Part shown: positions 1-8,865 of the stretch, in pieces
Layout: the number at the start of each line of letters is the position of its first letter
How positions within the stretch are numbered: position 1 is the first letter of the stretch
Assembly: GCA_965222115.1 (NCBI GenBank)
Contig: CBDCTJ010000007.1
Coordinates: 1,056,001-1,120,000 of the forward strand
DNA length: 64,000 bases
Direction of reading: 5' to 3'
From: Planctomycetota bacterium
GTDB lineage: Bacteria; Planctomycetota; PLA2; JAEUHO01
Position numbers and translations under genes: made by a program
The notes under the pieces: generated by a model
The model's database searches: none
What the model saw: only the letters and a program-made list of their open reading frames with translations
Told to the model about the DNA's origin: nothing

Positions 1-98
1 TTGATCGCGGTAGCCGGCAAAACGGCGAGCTCGGACTTTCCGTGGGTGTCGGACGGGCAAGTCACAAGCACCAACAGCAGCATCATCCAGCGCGCCAT
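1..98 (-). CDS. 5' end of a probable secreted protein (runs off the window edge)
   Basis: ATG at 98 on the minus strand with AGGAGG just upstream (complement of TCCTCCT at 102-108). Translation MARWMMLLLVLVTCPSDTHGK looks like a signal peptide. Confidence 0.55.
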   Translation of the reverse strand, partial: MARWMMLLLVLVTCPSDTHGKSELAVLPATAI

Positions 99-197
99 GC
101 GTCCTCCTGTTCGTCGCCGCATCCTATTCGTGTTCCCCCTCGAATTCGCATCTTGCTCAGGATGAGAGGCTCCATGGACGCGAAAGTAGATTTCTGT

Positions 198-222
198 GGA
201 ACGCACGCGCTTCCCGATCGTA
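198..222 (+). promoter_or_regulatory. Putative ECF-type promoter (GGAAC-N16-CGTA), possibly autoregulatory
   Basis: GGAAC at 198-202 and CGTA at 219-222 with a 16-bp spacer, directly upstream of an ECF sigma gene. Fits the general AAC...CGT ECF consensus. Confidence 0.5.
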
Positions 223-304
223 GAGGATGGTGAATAGCTAGACAGGGAGCACCTCGCTGAACGACGACCTTGCCAGCAATAGAGACCCTGCCGCCATTCG
301 CGCT

Positions 305-820
305 GTGCTTGCCGGAGACGCCGAGCGTTTTCGCGAGTTGGTGCGTCGATACCAAGGCCCGGTGTTTGCCGTGTTGCGCTCGTTCCTTGGTAACGCGACC
401 TTGGTTGAGGATCTGGCGCAAGAGACGTTTCTCACCGCCCTCGAACGCTTGGACCAGTTTGACCCATCGCGTGGCGCGTTTCGGCCCTGGTTGCTGATGA
501 TCGCCAGAAACAAATGTCGCGACGCCCTGCGACGACAACGGCGTACGCCCGTCTCCTACGCATTTGAGATACCCCCCTCCTCAGGTGCATGTGCCGCAAG
601 CGACGCCGCAATCGATAAGGCGCTCGATCGTGCCTTGGGGCGACTTTCACCAGACCATCGATTGGCGTTCTTGTTGACACAGATCTACGGCGTGTCGGTC
701 TCTGAGGTCGCCGAGCTGGAAGGGGTCGCGGAAGGCACGGTGAGGTCACGTTGTGCCCGTGCGCGAATCGCGCTACGCGAATCGTTGCAGGTATTGGAAG
801 AACCGAGGAAGACAGGATGA
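305..820 (+). CDS. ECF RNA polymerase sigma factor
   Basis: Sigma2 motifs (VEDLAQETFL, FRPWLLMIARNKCRD) and sigma4 HTH (SVSEVAELEGVAEGTVRSRCARAR). True start may be slightly upstream (CTG ~257). Confidence 0.9.
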   Translation: MLAGDAERFRELVRRYQGPVFAVLRSFLGNATLVEDLAQETFLTALERLDQFDPSRGAFRPWLLMIARNKCRDALRRQRRTPVSYAFEIPPSSGACAASDAAIDKALDRALGRLSPDHRLAFLLTQIYGVSVSEVAELEGVAEGTVRSRCARARIALRESLQVLEEPRKTG

Positions 821-1038
821 GCATCGACGAACGGCTGAATACCTACATAGATTCTGCGCGCGAACGCATAGCTCCAGCCGATTTTGCGGATCGATTTCCG
901 ATTCCGTCGCAGTCCTCGCCGAGTCCATGGACACGGTTGTGGTCCAAGCCCTGGTTGCGTGCTGCGGTGTGGGTGGTTGGGACTTCAATCTTTGCATTTC
1001 GATTTCTTGCGCTCGTTGCGTTCTTGGTTGCGAGTTAG
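817..1038 (+). CDS. Small membrane protein, putative anti-sigma factor (73 aa)
   Basis: ATGA overlap with the sigma stop. Short soluble N-terminus (MSIDERLNTY...APADFADRF) followed by a C-terminal hydrophobic helix. Confidence 0.65.
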   Translation: MSIDERLNTYIDSARERIAPADFADRFPIPSQSSPSPWTRLWSKPWLRAAVWVVGTSIFAFRFLALVAFLVAS

Positions 1039-1046
1039 GAGCGTTG

Positions 1047-1814
1047 ATGACTGATTCGAGTGAGATTTCTCGACGCCGCATTCCCAGTGTGGCTGCGCTG
1101 CTTTCGCTGGTGATGCCCGGTGTAGGGCACGTCTACGCGGGTCGCGAACAACGCGGCATGGTGATCCTGCTCCTGACGATGTTCGTTCCCGTGGCGCTAT
1201 TTTTGCTGGCGGTGGCGCCGCCTTCACGCGTTGTGCTATTTGCCATCGGCGGCTTTCTGATCTTTGCGTTGTGCTTGTATGTATTCGCCATCATCGATGC
1301 CTACCGAGTTGCACTTAAAGCGCGTTCCGCATCGAGCGTGGGTCCCTATCAGCGTCCAGCCGTGTATGCGACTTTGCTTTTGTTGGGCTTGAGTTGGTGC
1401 GTCGGCGGGCACCTATTGGTTCGCTCCCATGCTTTGCAGGCCTATGTCGTGCCAACGTCGAGCATGAAGCCATCGATTCAGTCCATGGATCGCATTTTGG
1501 TGAGTACGTGGGGAGCGCCCGAGGCATCGCGCGGGGATATCATCATCTTTCGACCGCCGCATGAGCCGTATCGTTATTTCATCAAGCGGGTGACCGCTGT
1601 AGCGGGCGACGAAGTGAGGGGTGAGACGTTGCCGCCCGGAACGATATGGGTCGAGGGCGACAATCGGAGTCACTCGTTGGATAGTCGCAAGTTCGGTGCC
1701 GTGCCGATGGCGTCAGTCGTTGGAAGGGCTGTGTATCGCTTCTGGAGCAAAGGCGGGATACAGCTCGACGTATTGAAGCCGCATGTTCCACGTCCGGCGA
1801 CACCTTCGAGATAA
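1047..1814 (+). CDS. lepB: Signal peptidase I (S26) with N-terminal multi-TM extension
   Basis: Catalytic Ser (VPTSSMKPSI), Lys (YFIKRV) and GDNRSHSLDSRKFG motif. AGGAG precedes ATG 1047. About 4 hydrophobic segments precede the catalytic domain. Confidence 0.9.
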   Translation: MTDSSEISRRRIPSVAALLSLVMPGVGHVYAGREQRGMVILLLTMFVPVALFLLAVAPPSRVVLFAIGGFLIFALCLYVFAIIDAYRVALKARSASSVGPYQRPAVYATLLLLGLSWCVGGHLLVRSHALQAYVVPTSSMKPSIQSMDRILVSTWGAPEASRGDIIIFRPPHEPYRYFIKRVTAVAGDEVRGETLPPGTIWVEGDNRSHSLDSRKFGAVPMASVVGRAVYRFWSKGGIQLDVLKPHVPRPATPSR

Positions 1815-1867
1815 GCTAAAGCAGGTTTTGCTGAACCCCTGCGGGCGTGCTCGTTCGTTCTTAAGAT

Positions 1868-4456
1868 GTGAGTATGCGGTTCAACGACAACGAGACGCTG
1901 GAGCAGTTGCTCGCCCATCACGGGTGGCTTGAGCGGCTTGCCCACGCGTTGATCCCTGATCCGGGTCGTGCCGACGATGCGGTGCAAGAGGTGTGGCTGC
2001 GCGCAATGCGCACGCCGCCTGCATCGAGACGATCTGTACGCGGCTGGCTTGGGACCGTATTGCGTCGCGTTGCGATTGATCGGCATCGAGCCGACGCGCG
2101 CCGCACAGATCTCGAACGACGTGTAGCCGTTCCGTTCGAACGAAGCGTGAACGCCGACGAGGCGATGTGCAGTGTGGAGACCCAGCAGCAGGTGGCGCGT
2201 GTCGTGCTCGGACTCGATGAGCCGTACCGCGGCGTTGTGCTACTGCGCTACTTCGCGGGGCACTCGATCATGGAGATCGCGCGATTGCAGTCGGCCCCGG
2301 TGGAAACGGTGCGAACAAGACTTCGACGCGCGCGTGGGCAACTGCGCCGTGAGTTGGATCGCGGGTTTGGAAGCCGATCGGGGTGGCACGCGGCGCTGTG
2401 GCCGCTCGTCGGTTCCGACTTCGTTCGCGCAAGCAGTTCTGTAACTACATCAGGCCTTGCATCCGCAAGTGCATCCTCGGTATCGTCCGGGGGATTACCC
2501 TTAGGAGTTGTTATGGGCGCCAAGTTGGCTGTCGCCTTGGGCATTGCTGCAATCGTTGCCGTTGGCTGGCTGCTTTTGCAAGATGCCGCGTCTACTCAAG
2601 CAAGTGATACTGCGAGCACGAATATTGCCGTTGACGAGCATGCGTCGACCGACAACGTCATGCTCGAAGGACGCCGTAATGACGTCCGGCCAACGCGTAG
2701 CGCAGATTCCTCATCGCGGGGCGTGTCCGGCCGCGAGACGAGCTCAACCCAGGCACAACGCCAGTCAGCGTCTGGCGCGGATGGGAACAAGGCGATTGCC
2801 TACGAAGGCACGCCCGCGGGGGACGGGCGCTTGGTAGGCCGCATCGTGGATAGCGAGCAGCAGCCCGTAGTGGGTGCGCATCTTCACGTGCGTTACTTGG
2901 TGAAAACGAAGGGGACGAGCAACCGTAGCGATGCCCCCGGTGCAGTGCTCACTGATGAAGATGGTTACTTTCGTTTCGACAACCTTAAAGCGGGTCGTTA
3001 TGCTGTCGTTGTGTCGTCGGGCGGATTCGTGACAGAAAACATGATCTCGCGCTCGGGTGGCGCACCGCTCGTCATCGCACTTGAGAAGGCGCATTCAATT
3101 TCGGGCGTGCTTGTTGATAAAGAAACGGGTGATCCGATTGCTGGCGTTTGGATACGCGCAAAGGACATTCGCCGGTCTTCTGTGACGACCGTGCAAAGCG
3201 CACAGACGGACGACACGGGCCAGTTTACGTTGGCCGGTCTTCGTGAGGGCAATCACGAGATTTCCTACGGGTCGCCGTGGCAAAACGGGAGCAACGCGGC
3301 GCACACGTTCGTGCCCGGACGCGTGAACATCGAGTCTGGGACGAGTGACGTGCGATTGGAGGCCGATCCCGGCCTCGTGATCGAAGGTGAGATCCGCGAT
3401 GCGTCCGGTTCGCTTGTTTCGGAGAGCATGGACGTACGCGTCATGCGTTACAACGAACGCGGTGATCCCGATTACAGTACTCGACGCGGCGCTAGATCCA
3501 CCGAGCACGGCGCGTTTCGCATCACGGGGCTTGTCGGAGGTCGCTACACACTGACGGTCCAACCGCAACCAACGAAAGATGGCGATCAAGCGCTAACCTC
3601 AGCCTTTCGAATGGATGACGTCGAGGCGGGCACCCAAGGCCTGGTTGTGCAACTTCAAAGCGGTACGCCGCTCAAGGGAAGGGTGCTCGATCGCGAGGGG
3701 AACCCGGTAACCGTCCAGGGCAATGTCTACGTCTATCCCACCGGATCATCGGCAGGGACGCAAGGCTCAGTCATCACCCGTGCGAGTAGTAAGGGAACGT
3801 TCTCGTCGCCACCGCTCGATACCGGTCGATCCTATTCTGTCTACGCTACGCATTTCCCTGGGTTCATGAGTAAGACGGTTGAGAACGTGTTTCCAAGTGG
3901 CGAGACGTTGGACATCGTGCTTGAGCCCGCGGGCGTCATTCGCGGCCATGTCGTTGATGAATTGGGCAAAAGAGTTGGCATGGGATTGATGGTGACGGCA
4001 CGCGCCACCGACGTGGAACCAGGAACGAAGGGGCGAGGATGGGTGGCGTACACCCGCACAGATGGTTCCTTTGAGATGAGTAACTTAGGTGCGTTTACCT
4101 TTTCATTGGCGGCGGGAGGCGCGTCATCGAGCTACGTTGCGGCCAAGCCGTTGCGTGGTATCAAGCCCGGCGCAGACGACGTTGTTTTGACCGTAAGGCC
4201 CGGGCACACGTTTTCGGGGAAGCTCATCAATGCCCAGGGCAATCCAATGACGACGCACCATTTGGGCGCATCGCCAATCGGAACACACTCCCCTAGCGCA
4301 TGGACGCGCATCGAGTCTGAGGATGGAAGCTTTATCTTGCGAGGACTGCCAAAAGGGAAGATCTATGTTCACGCCATCATCGGTGGTAAATCCGTGGGGT
4401 TGGGCACTCACACCGTACCGGCCACAGACGTAACAATTACGGCGCCTGATAACTAA
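1868..4456 (+). CDS. ECF sigma factor fused to a TM helix and extracytoplasmic carboxypeptidase-regulatory-like beta-sandwich repeats
   Basis: N-terminal sigma2 (ADDAVQEVWL, RGWLGTVLRR) and sigma4 (SIMEIARLQSAPVETVRTRLRRAR); TM LAVALGIAAIVAVGWLLL; then about six GRVVD..G.P...TD..G.F...L..G.Y units. Confidence 0.85.
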   Translation: MSMRFNDNETLEQLLAHHGWLERLAHALIPDPGRADDAVQEVWLRAMRTPPASRRSVRGWLGTVLRRVAIDRHRADARRTDLERRVAVPFERSVNADEAMCSVETQQQVARVVLGLDEPYRGVVLLRYFAGHSIMEIARLQSAPVETVRTRLRRARGQLRRELDRGFGSRSGWHAALWPLVGSDFVRASSSVTTSGLASASASSVSSGGLPLGVVMGAKLAVALGIAAIVAVGWLLLQDAASTQASDTASTNIAVDEHASTDNVMLEGRRNDVRPTRSADSSSRGVSGRETSSTQAQRQSASGADGNKAIAYEGTPAGDGRLVGRIVDSEQQPVVGAHLHVRYLVKTKGTSNRSDAPGAVLTDEDGYFRFDNLKAGRYAVVVSSGGFVTENMISRSGGAPLVIALEKAHSISGVLVDKETGDPIAGVWIRAKDIRRSSVTTVQSAQTDDTGQFTLAGLREGNHEISYGSPWQNGSNAAHTFVPGRVNIESGTSDVRLEADPGLVIEGEIRDASGSLVSESMDVRVMRYNERGDPDYSTRRGARSTEHGAFRITGLVGGRYTLTVQPQPTKDGDQALTSAFRMDDVEAGTQGLVVQLQSGTPLKGRVLDREGNPVTVQGNVYVYPTGSSAGTQGSVITRASSKGTFSSPPLDTGRSYSVYATHFPGFMSKTVENVFPSGETLDIVLEPAGVIRGHVVDELGKRVGMGLMVTARATDVEPGTKGRGWVAYTRTDGSFEMSNLGAFTFSLAAGGASSSYVAAKPLRGIKPGADDVVLTVRPGHTFSGKLINAQGNPMTTHHLGASPIGTHSPSAWTRIESEDGSFILRGLPKGKIYVHAIIGGKSVGLGTHTVPATDVTITAPDN

Positions 4457-4902
4457 CGCCCTTGTGTGCGCGCAACTTGACCCGCGCCGACGAGCATGCG
4501 CGCCCATCGCAATCGATCTGCGGACCGTGCCCATCGAATCCACTCGCCATCAATCGTAAGAACGGCCGGGATGCCGAGCCTCGTTCGAGGAGCGACGCGT
4601 AGCACATGGTCTGCGTGCGTCAGTGCATCCAAGAAATCATGTTCGCTGGACCACGACAGTTTTATGTCGGCGTCGGGTTGGCCGCGTAGTGCCTCTAGGT
4701 AGCGGTCAAACTCCTCATCGTCCTCACGTGTTAGTGCAAGCGACGCTTCGCATCCGTGGAGCACGCGCATGGCCGTGGGGCGACCTACCGCGAGTTCACT
4801 CACGAGAATTCGCAAGCCTTCTCGGTCTCCCACGACGTTTCCAGGGAGTGCCCACAGCAAGAGTGTCTGAGGTGCTACGGAGGACGCGGCTTCATTTGTC
4901 AC
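4453..4902 (-). CDS. Hypothetical protein, weakly DsrF/TusC-like
   Basis: GTG start overlaps the upstream stop (GTGA). The LLLWALPG..DREGLRILVS pattern resembles the DsrF N-terminus. Confidence 0.45.
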   Translation of the reverse strand: MTNEAASSVAPQTLLLWALPGNVVGDREGLRILVSELAVGRPTAMRVLHGCEASLALTREDDEEFDRYLEALRGQPDADIKLSWSSEHDFLDALTHADHVLRVAPRTRLGIPAVLTIDGEWIRWARSADRLRWARMLVGAGQVARTQGR

Positions 4903-5240
4903 GGGAGTACCACCCATAACGCTGAATCTCCGCGTTCACCCAACCAAGTCGCGAGGCTTGTCCACGCACAGCCATGGGGCGCGTCCTCAAGCGTCCAATT
5001 CGCGTCGCCGGCGTGTCTTGAGCAGACCGCTAGAGACCATCCGCGCGCGCGCCATGTACTCAAGTCCGCCTTGCGATCCCGCCACGCGAGCCCCTCGGCC
5101 GTCAACAACAGGCCGACATGGCGATTCGCAACCTGCCATGCACGGGCCAGCATGGCGTGCGCACTCGGGTCATTCGGGCTCGATGAGAGGACGATGGAAA
5201 TGCGCGCGGCTGGGGGATTGGTAGTCGCGACGGGGTTCAT
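4899..5240 (-). CDS. Hypothetical protein, DsrE/TusD-like
   Basis: ISIVLSSSP, VGLLLTAEGL and LAVCSRHA (Cys at the DsrE persulfide position). 113 aa is typical of the family. Confidence 0.55.
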   Translation of the reverse strand: MNPVATTNPPAARISIVLSSSPNDPSAHAMLARAWQVANRHVGLLLTAEGLAWRDRKADLSTWRARGWSLAVCSRHAGDANWTLEDAPHGCAWTSLATWLGERGDSALWVVLP

Positions 5241-5333
5241 GCGAGCCGCAGGGTACCCGCGCCACCGGCAGCGCGCTGCCCGTGTTGGGGTAGCATGGCC
5301 CGTCCGTGCTCAAGGGAGCCGGAGGGATGCGCC

Positions 5334-5933
5334 ATGAACCTCGATCCGGATCTGGCGACCCTCGACCGTCTCCGAGCGGGCAACCAGGCGGCCAAGCAAG
5401 AAGCCTTGGCCGAGCTCTACCGGCGTCACAAGGACCGCGTCTTCAACGTTGCCTACCGCGTGCTCGGCGATTGGAACGAGGCCCACGATGTGGTGCAGGA
5501 CGTGTTCATCAAACTGCCGCGCAGCGTGCGTTCTTTCCGCGGCGATGCCAAGTTCAAGTCGTGGATCTATCGCTTGGCTGTCAATCGCTCCATCGACGCT
5601 CACCGCAGGCGCGCGCGGCGTGCGTCGTCGGGTCTGGATGAGTCGGCGTCCGGGGCCCACGAAGAGCGCGCCATGACGTCGCCGCCGCCGCCGCAACCTG
5701 AGGTGCCTGTGCGCATTCAAGAACGTGATGCGCGCGTGCAGGCAGCGCTCAATAGCCTATCGCCCAAGTTGCGCGCTGCGGCCGTCCTGCGCTACATCGA
5801 AGGGTTGAGCTACGAAGAACTCGCCGAGGCGTTGGATGCGTCGATGGGGACCATCAAGAGCCGGCTCAACCGCGCGCACACCGCACTTTCGCGCATACTG
5901 TTGGAGATGGATCCCGACGGACCAAGTGAATGA
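5334..5933 (+). CDS. ECF RNA polymerase sigma factor (RpoE/SigW-like)
   Basis: EAHDVVQDVFIK, FKSWIYRLAVNRSID and GLSYEELAEALDASMGTIKSRLNRA motifs. GGAGG RBS precedes ATG 5334. Confidence 0.92.
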   Translation: MNLDPDLATLDRLRAGNQAAKQEALAELYRRHKDRVFNVAYRVLGDWNEAHDVVQDVFIKLPRSVRSFRGDAKFKSWIYRLAVNRSIDAHRRRARRASSGLDESASGAHEERAMTSPPPPQPEVPVRIQERDARVQAALNSLSPKLRAAAVLRYIEGLSYEELAEALDASMGTIKSRLNRAHTALSRILLEMDPDGPSE

Positions 5934-6967
5934 TGTATGCGCATGCCACGCGACGGATTGCGATTGCCTGCGCATTGGTGTTGGTAAGCGGCCTCTTTGC
6001 TGTCGCTGCACCGGACTCCACGTCATCCGATGCTGCATTGGGCTCGACCATGTGGTGGAAATTGTGGCGCACTGCAGACATGGCCACGCGACAGACGATG
6101 ACAAGCCAACTCGTGAAACGCGGCCGCGACGCACTCGCGTTTATCGATGCCGAACAGCGAGCCGCCACGAACCGACGCGATACGATTGCACTCCGCGATC
6201 TTGAACGGATGCGTCGGCGAATTTGGGATGCATGGCATCGAGCGCGCACACCGGAGGGCATGGTATTCGTGCCGGCGGGATGGGTTGAAGTCCCACGAAC
6301 TAGTGCGCCCTGGGGTCCATCCGGTGCAAGACGTTACGTCCCGGCGTTTTATATGGACACGCATGAAGTAACGGTTCGCGCGTGGCGCGCTTGGGCCCAT
6401 GACGTACTCGACGACGTGTCGGAGGATGTCGTTGGGTATGGTGATCTCTCCCGACTTCGAAAGTCCGTGCGCGCCATGGAGGACGATCCCGAGGATTGGC
6501 CCGCAACCAGAATGACTGCCGACTTGGCAACGCGATTCGCGAGTGAGACGTGTGGCGGACGATTGCCGCGCGCCGAGGAGTTTGAGCGCGCGCTTCGTGG
6601 ATCGGGCATCGCACGCTATCCCTGGGGTTGCGGCTTGTCGATTCACCGTGCCAACCTTCGTGGGTATGGGCCGTCTGAACCGCGAGCAATTGGAAGTCAT
6701 CCCAAGGGCGTAACGCCACGTGGCATTCATGATCTCGTTGGCAATGTATCCGAGTGGTCGGAGACCGTTCGCCTGTGGGGACGCGTGGGTCGAGTGCACT
6801 TGGCACTTGGCGGCTCGTATCGCCATCGTCCCGGTGCAGGGCTCACGTGGCGCGGTCGTTACCGCAGCCTTGATCCTCAAAGCGATCGTTCCGCGAAGCC
6901 GTGGATTGGGTTTCGTCGAGTGAAAGACGTGGAGCAGCCACGCGCTGCACAGTCGAAGGGCGACTAG
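5930..6967 (+). CDS. Secreted FGE-sulfatase (SUMF1/EgtB/PvdO-family) domain protein
   Basis: Signal peptide; FYMDTHEVT, RLPRAEEFERALRG, YPWG, GIHDLVGNVSEW, GGSY and IGFR motifs. ATGA overlap with the sigma gene. Confidence 0.85.
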   Translation: MMYAHATRRIAIACALVLVSGLFAVAAPDSTSSDAALGSTMWWKLWRTADMATRQTMTSQLVKRGRDALAFIDAEQRAATNRRDTIALRDLERMRRRIWDAWHRARTPEGMVFVPAGWVEVPRTSAPWGPSGARRYVPAFYMDTHEVTVRAWRAWAHDVLDDVSEDVVGYGDLSRLRKSVRAMEDDPEDWPATRMTADLATRFASETCGGRLPRAEEFERALRGSGIARYPWGCGLSIHRANLRGYGPSEPRAIGSHPKGVTPRGIHDLVGNVSEWSETVRLWGRVGRVHLALGGSYRHRPGAGLTWRGRYRSLDPQSDRSAKPWIGFRRVKDVEQPRAAQSKGD

Positions 6968-6969
6968 TC

Positions 6970-8730
6970 GTGGTACCCAAAGGAGCCTCGAAGTGGGTGA
7001 TCGTTGTCGCCTTACTAGCAGCACTTGTTTATTGCTGCTTCACTGGATATTTCGACGCATTAGGGAAACTCGTGAGTGGCGATCTGCCGCTCCGGCCTGA
7101 TTCAAAACATGACTACAGAGTGCGCATACGCGTATCCCCAGTTGGGGAAGACGACGAGTCACCCTCTTCACAATCGACATCAGCCAGCTCGGGTGACGTC
7201 AAGCTCAACGCTCCTCCTGTAGAGGCTAAGGTGATCGAGGTTCGCCTAGTGGACCGACGAGGCGAAGCGGTCATCGGCGCTCCCATCGAATTGTCACGAG
7301 GCAAATCAAAGTTTGATGCCGAGGTCGTTCACACCGCGCGCACCGACAGGCAGGGCCGCGTCCGGTTTCCCGGCGTGAAACTGAGTGATGTGGATTGGGT
7401 TGCGGCGGTTTACGACGCACCTCTACCGGGGTCACCCAAGCGCGGCAAACGCTACTGGGTCCGACATCAACCACTCACAAAATGGACCACGGCGCTTCGA
7501 GCGAATGACGGCATGCCCGTCAGCGTTTTATTCTTCGATCGTGAAACGGGGCAGCGTGTCGATGGCGTGCGGTGGGGGATCGGCACAGTCAAGCACAAGG
7601 GCATGGAACGACCGGCGGGATCAATTGCACGAGTCAAACCGGGCGATCGACTTGAGCTTGGTTTTCGCGTTGTACCGCCGAAAGGTTATGTTCCCTGGGA
7701 TCACCAAGGGGCCAGAGCGCAAGTCGCTCAACGGGCTGAGCGGCTTGTGTATCACTATCCGCTCAATCGCGAACAGCATGTCGAAGTTGCCTTTAGATCG
7801 AGAGGTAATGGCGCCCGTTTACGACCGCCACAAGTCATGTATGTCCAGATTGGGAATTGCTCAATAGATGCAGATGACTTGCGCGTGGAGTTGCAGCTCG
7901 ATGGCTCATTTCGCCTGCGCGGAATTCCGCATGTGCCGGGCGATTGGTTGGCGGTACACGTATTTGGATTCGGTAAAGACGAGGGCAATGCAAGCGCAAG
8001 TGCTGACATGCCATTGCGGGCTGACGACTTGCTCCGAGTGACGATCGACTTTGACGAGGAGCACACCAACTATTCAAAAAAGGAGGGAATTCGCGGATTT
8101 CCGTTTCAAGACAATAGCGCCATTGGGATTGGTGGCGGAACGACAGTCAAGATTCCCGATCCCCGTTCAGGCTCCCTGCGCGTTCGTTGTCTACGCGCGG
8201 ACGGCACGCCGTGCCGGGGCACGCACGTAACGGCGAAGGGTCCTAAGTGGGTCGTCGAAACGGAGCACGGAAAGGTGTCGGATCACTATCGTGCATACGG
8301 CGAGACCGACGCCGTGGGTTGGATCTCGTGGCCCTCGTTGGCGGTAGGCGAGTGGACCCTGAAGTATGTCGAGTGGTTTATAGTCGAGCGCCGCCTATCG
8401 GTGCACGAAGGTCTGACTACCACCGAGACGCTGCGCGAAGTCACCGGAGGCCATGCCGACGTACAGGTCGTTGACTCAAACGGCCGGCCCGTGCCATACG
8501 CGATAATCGAAGCTCGGCACGAGGATCGATTCAATGCCTGGCGACCCGTGCCCGACTCGGATGGCACGCAGCGCATTGACGCCTACACCGACATTCACGG
8601 TCGACGCACCCTCCGTCGTCTCTTTCCTGGCGAACACACGTTCACCGCCCGCGCCCGCGGAGAGATTAGCGAGGCGAACGCCACTATCGAAGACGAGCGC
8701 ACGACTCCCGTCCGCATCCAATTCAAGTAA
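6970..8730 (+). CDS. Membrane-anchored protein with carboxypeptidase-regulatory-like repeats
   Basis: N-terminal TM (VIVVALLAALVYCCF); repeated VRLVD..G.P.......TD..G motifs. Start assigned to GTG 6970, just after the upstream stop. Confidence 0.7.
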   Translation: MVPKGASKWVIVVALLAALVYCCFTGYFDALGKLVSGDLPLRPDSKHDYRVRIRVSPVGEDDESPSSQSTSASSGDVKLNAPPVEAKVIEVRLVDRRGEAVIGAPIELSRGKSKFDAEVVHTARTDRQGRVRFPGVKLSDVDWVAAVYDAPLPGSPKRGKRYWVRHQPLTKWTTALRANDGMPVSVLFFDRETGQRVDGVRWGIGTVKHKGMERPAGSIARVKPGDRLELGFRVVPPKGYVPWDHQGARAQVAQRAERLVYHYPLNREQHVEVAFRSRGNGARLRPPQVMYVQIGNCSIDADDLRVELQLDGSFRLRGIPHVPGDWLAVHVFGFGKDEGNASASADMPLRADDLLRVTIDFDEEHTNYSKKEGIRGFPFQDNSAIGIGGGTTVKIPDPRSGSLRVRCLRADGTPCRGTHVTAKGPKWVVETEHGKVSDHYRAYGETDAVGWISWPSLAVGEWTLKYVEWFIVERRLSVHEGLTTTETLREVTGGHADVQVVDSNGRPVPYAIIEARHEDRFNAWRPVPDSDGTQRIDAYTDIHGRRTLRRLFPGEHTFTARARGEISEANATIEDERTTPVRIQFK

Positions 8731-8865
8731 CTCGCGAAGCCCGCAAATTTACACCCAGCACTTTTTTGCAGGATTCGGTTTGGCTCGACAAAGATTCGCC
8801 CCAGGCGCGCATCATCGGACCTTGCCCCATCGGGTAGGGTCTCGGGGCCCCAACGGAGTACCGCA

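Noticed and set aside
1832-1859. TGAAC...CGTT as an ECF promoter for the fused sigma gene
   Set aside because: Spacing is 15 or 19 bp rather than the usual 16-17, so it is too weak to list as a feature.
5930-6967. FGE-sulfatase (CLec-fold) protein as target of a diversity-generating retroelement
   Set aside because: No reverse transcriptase and no template-repeat copy of its 3' end were seen in the window.
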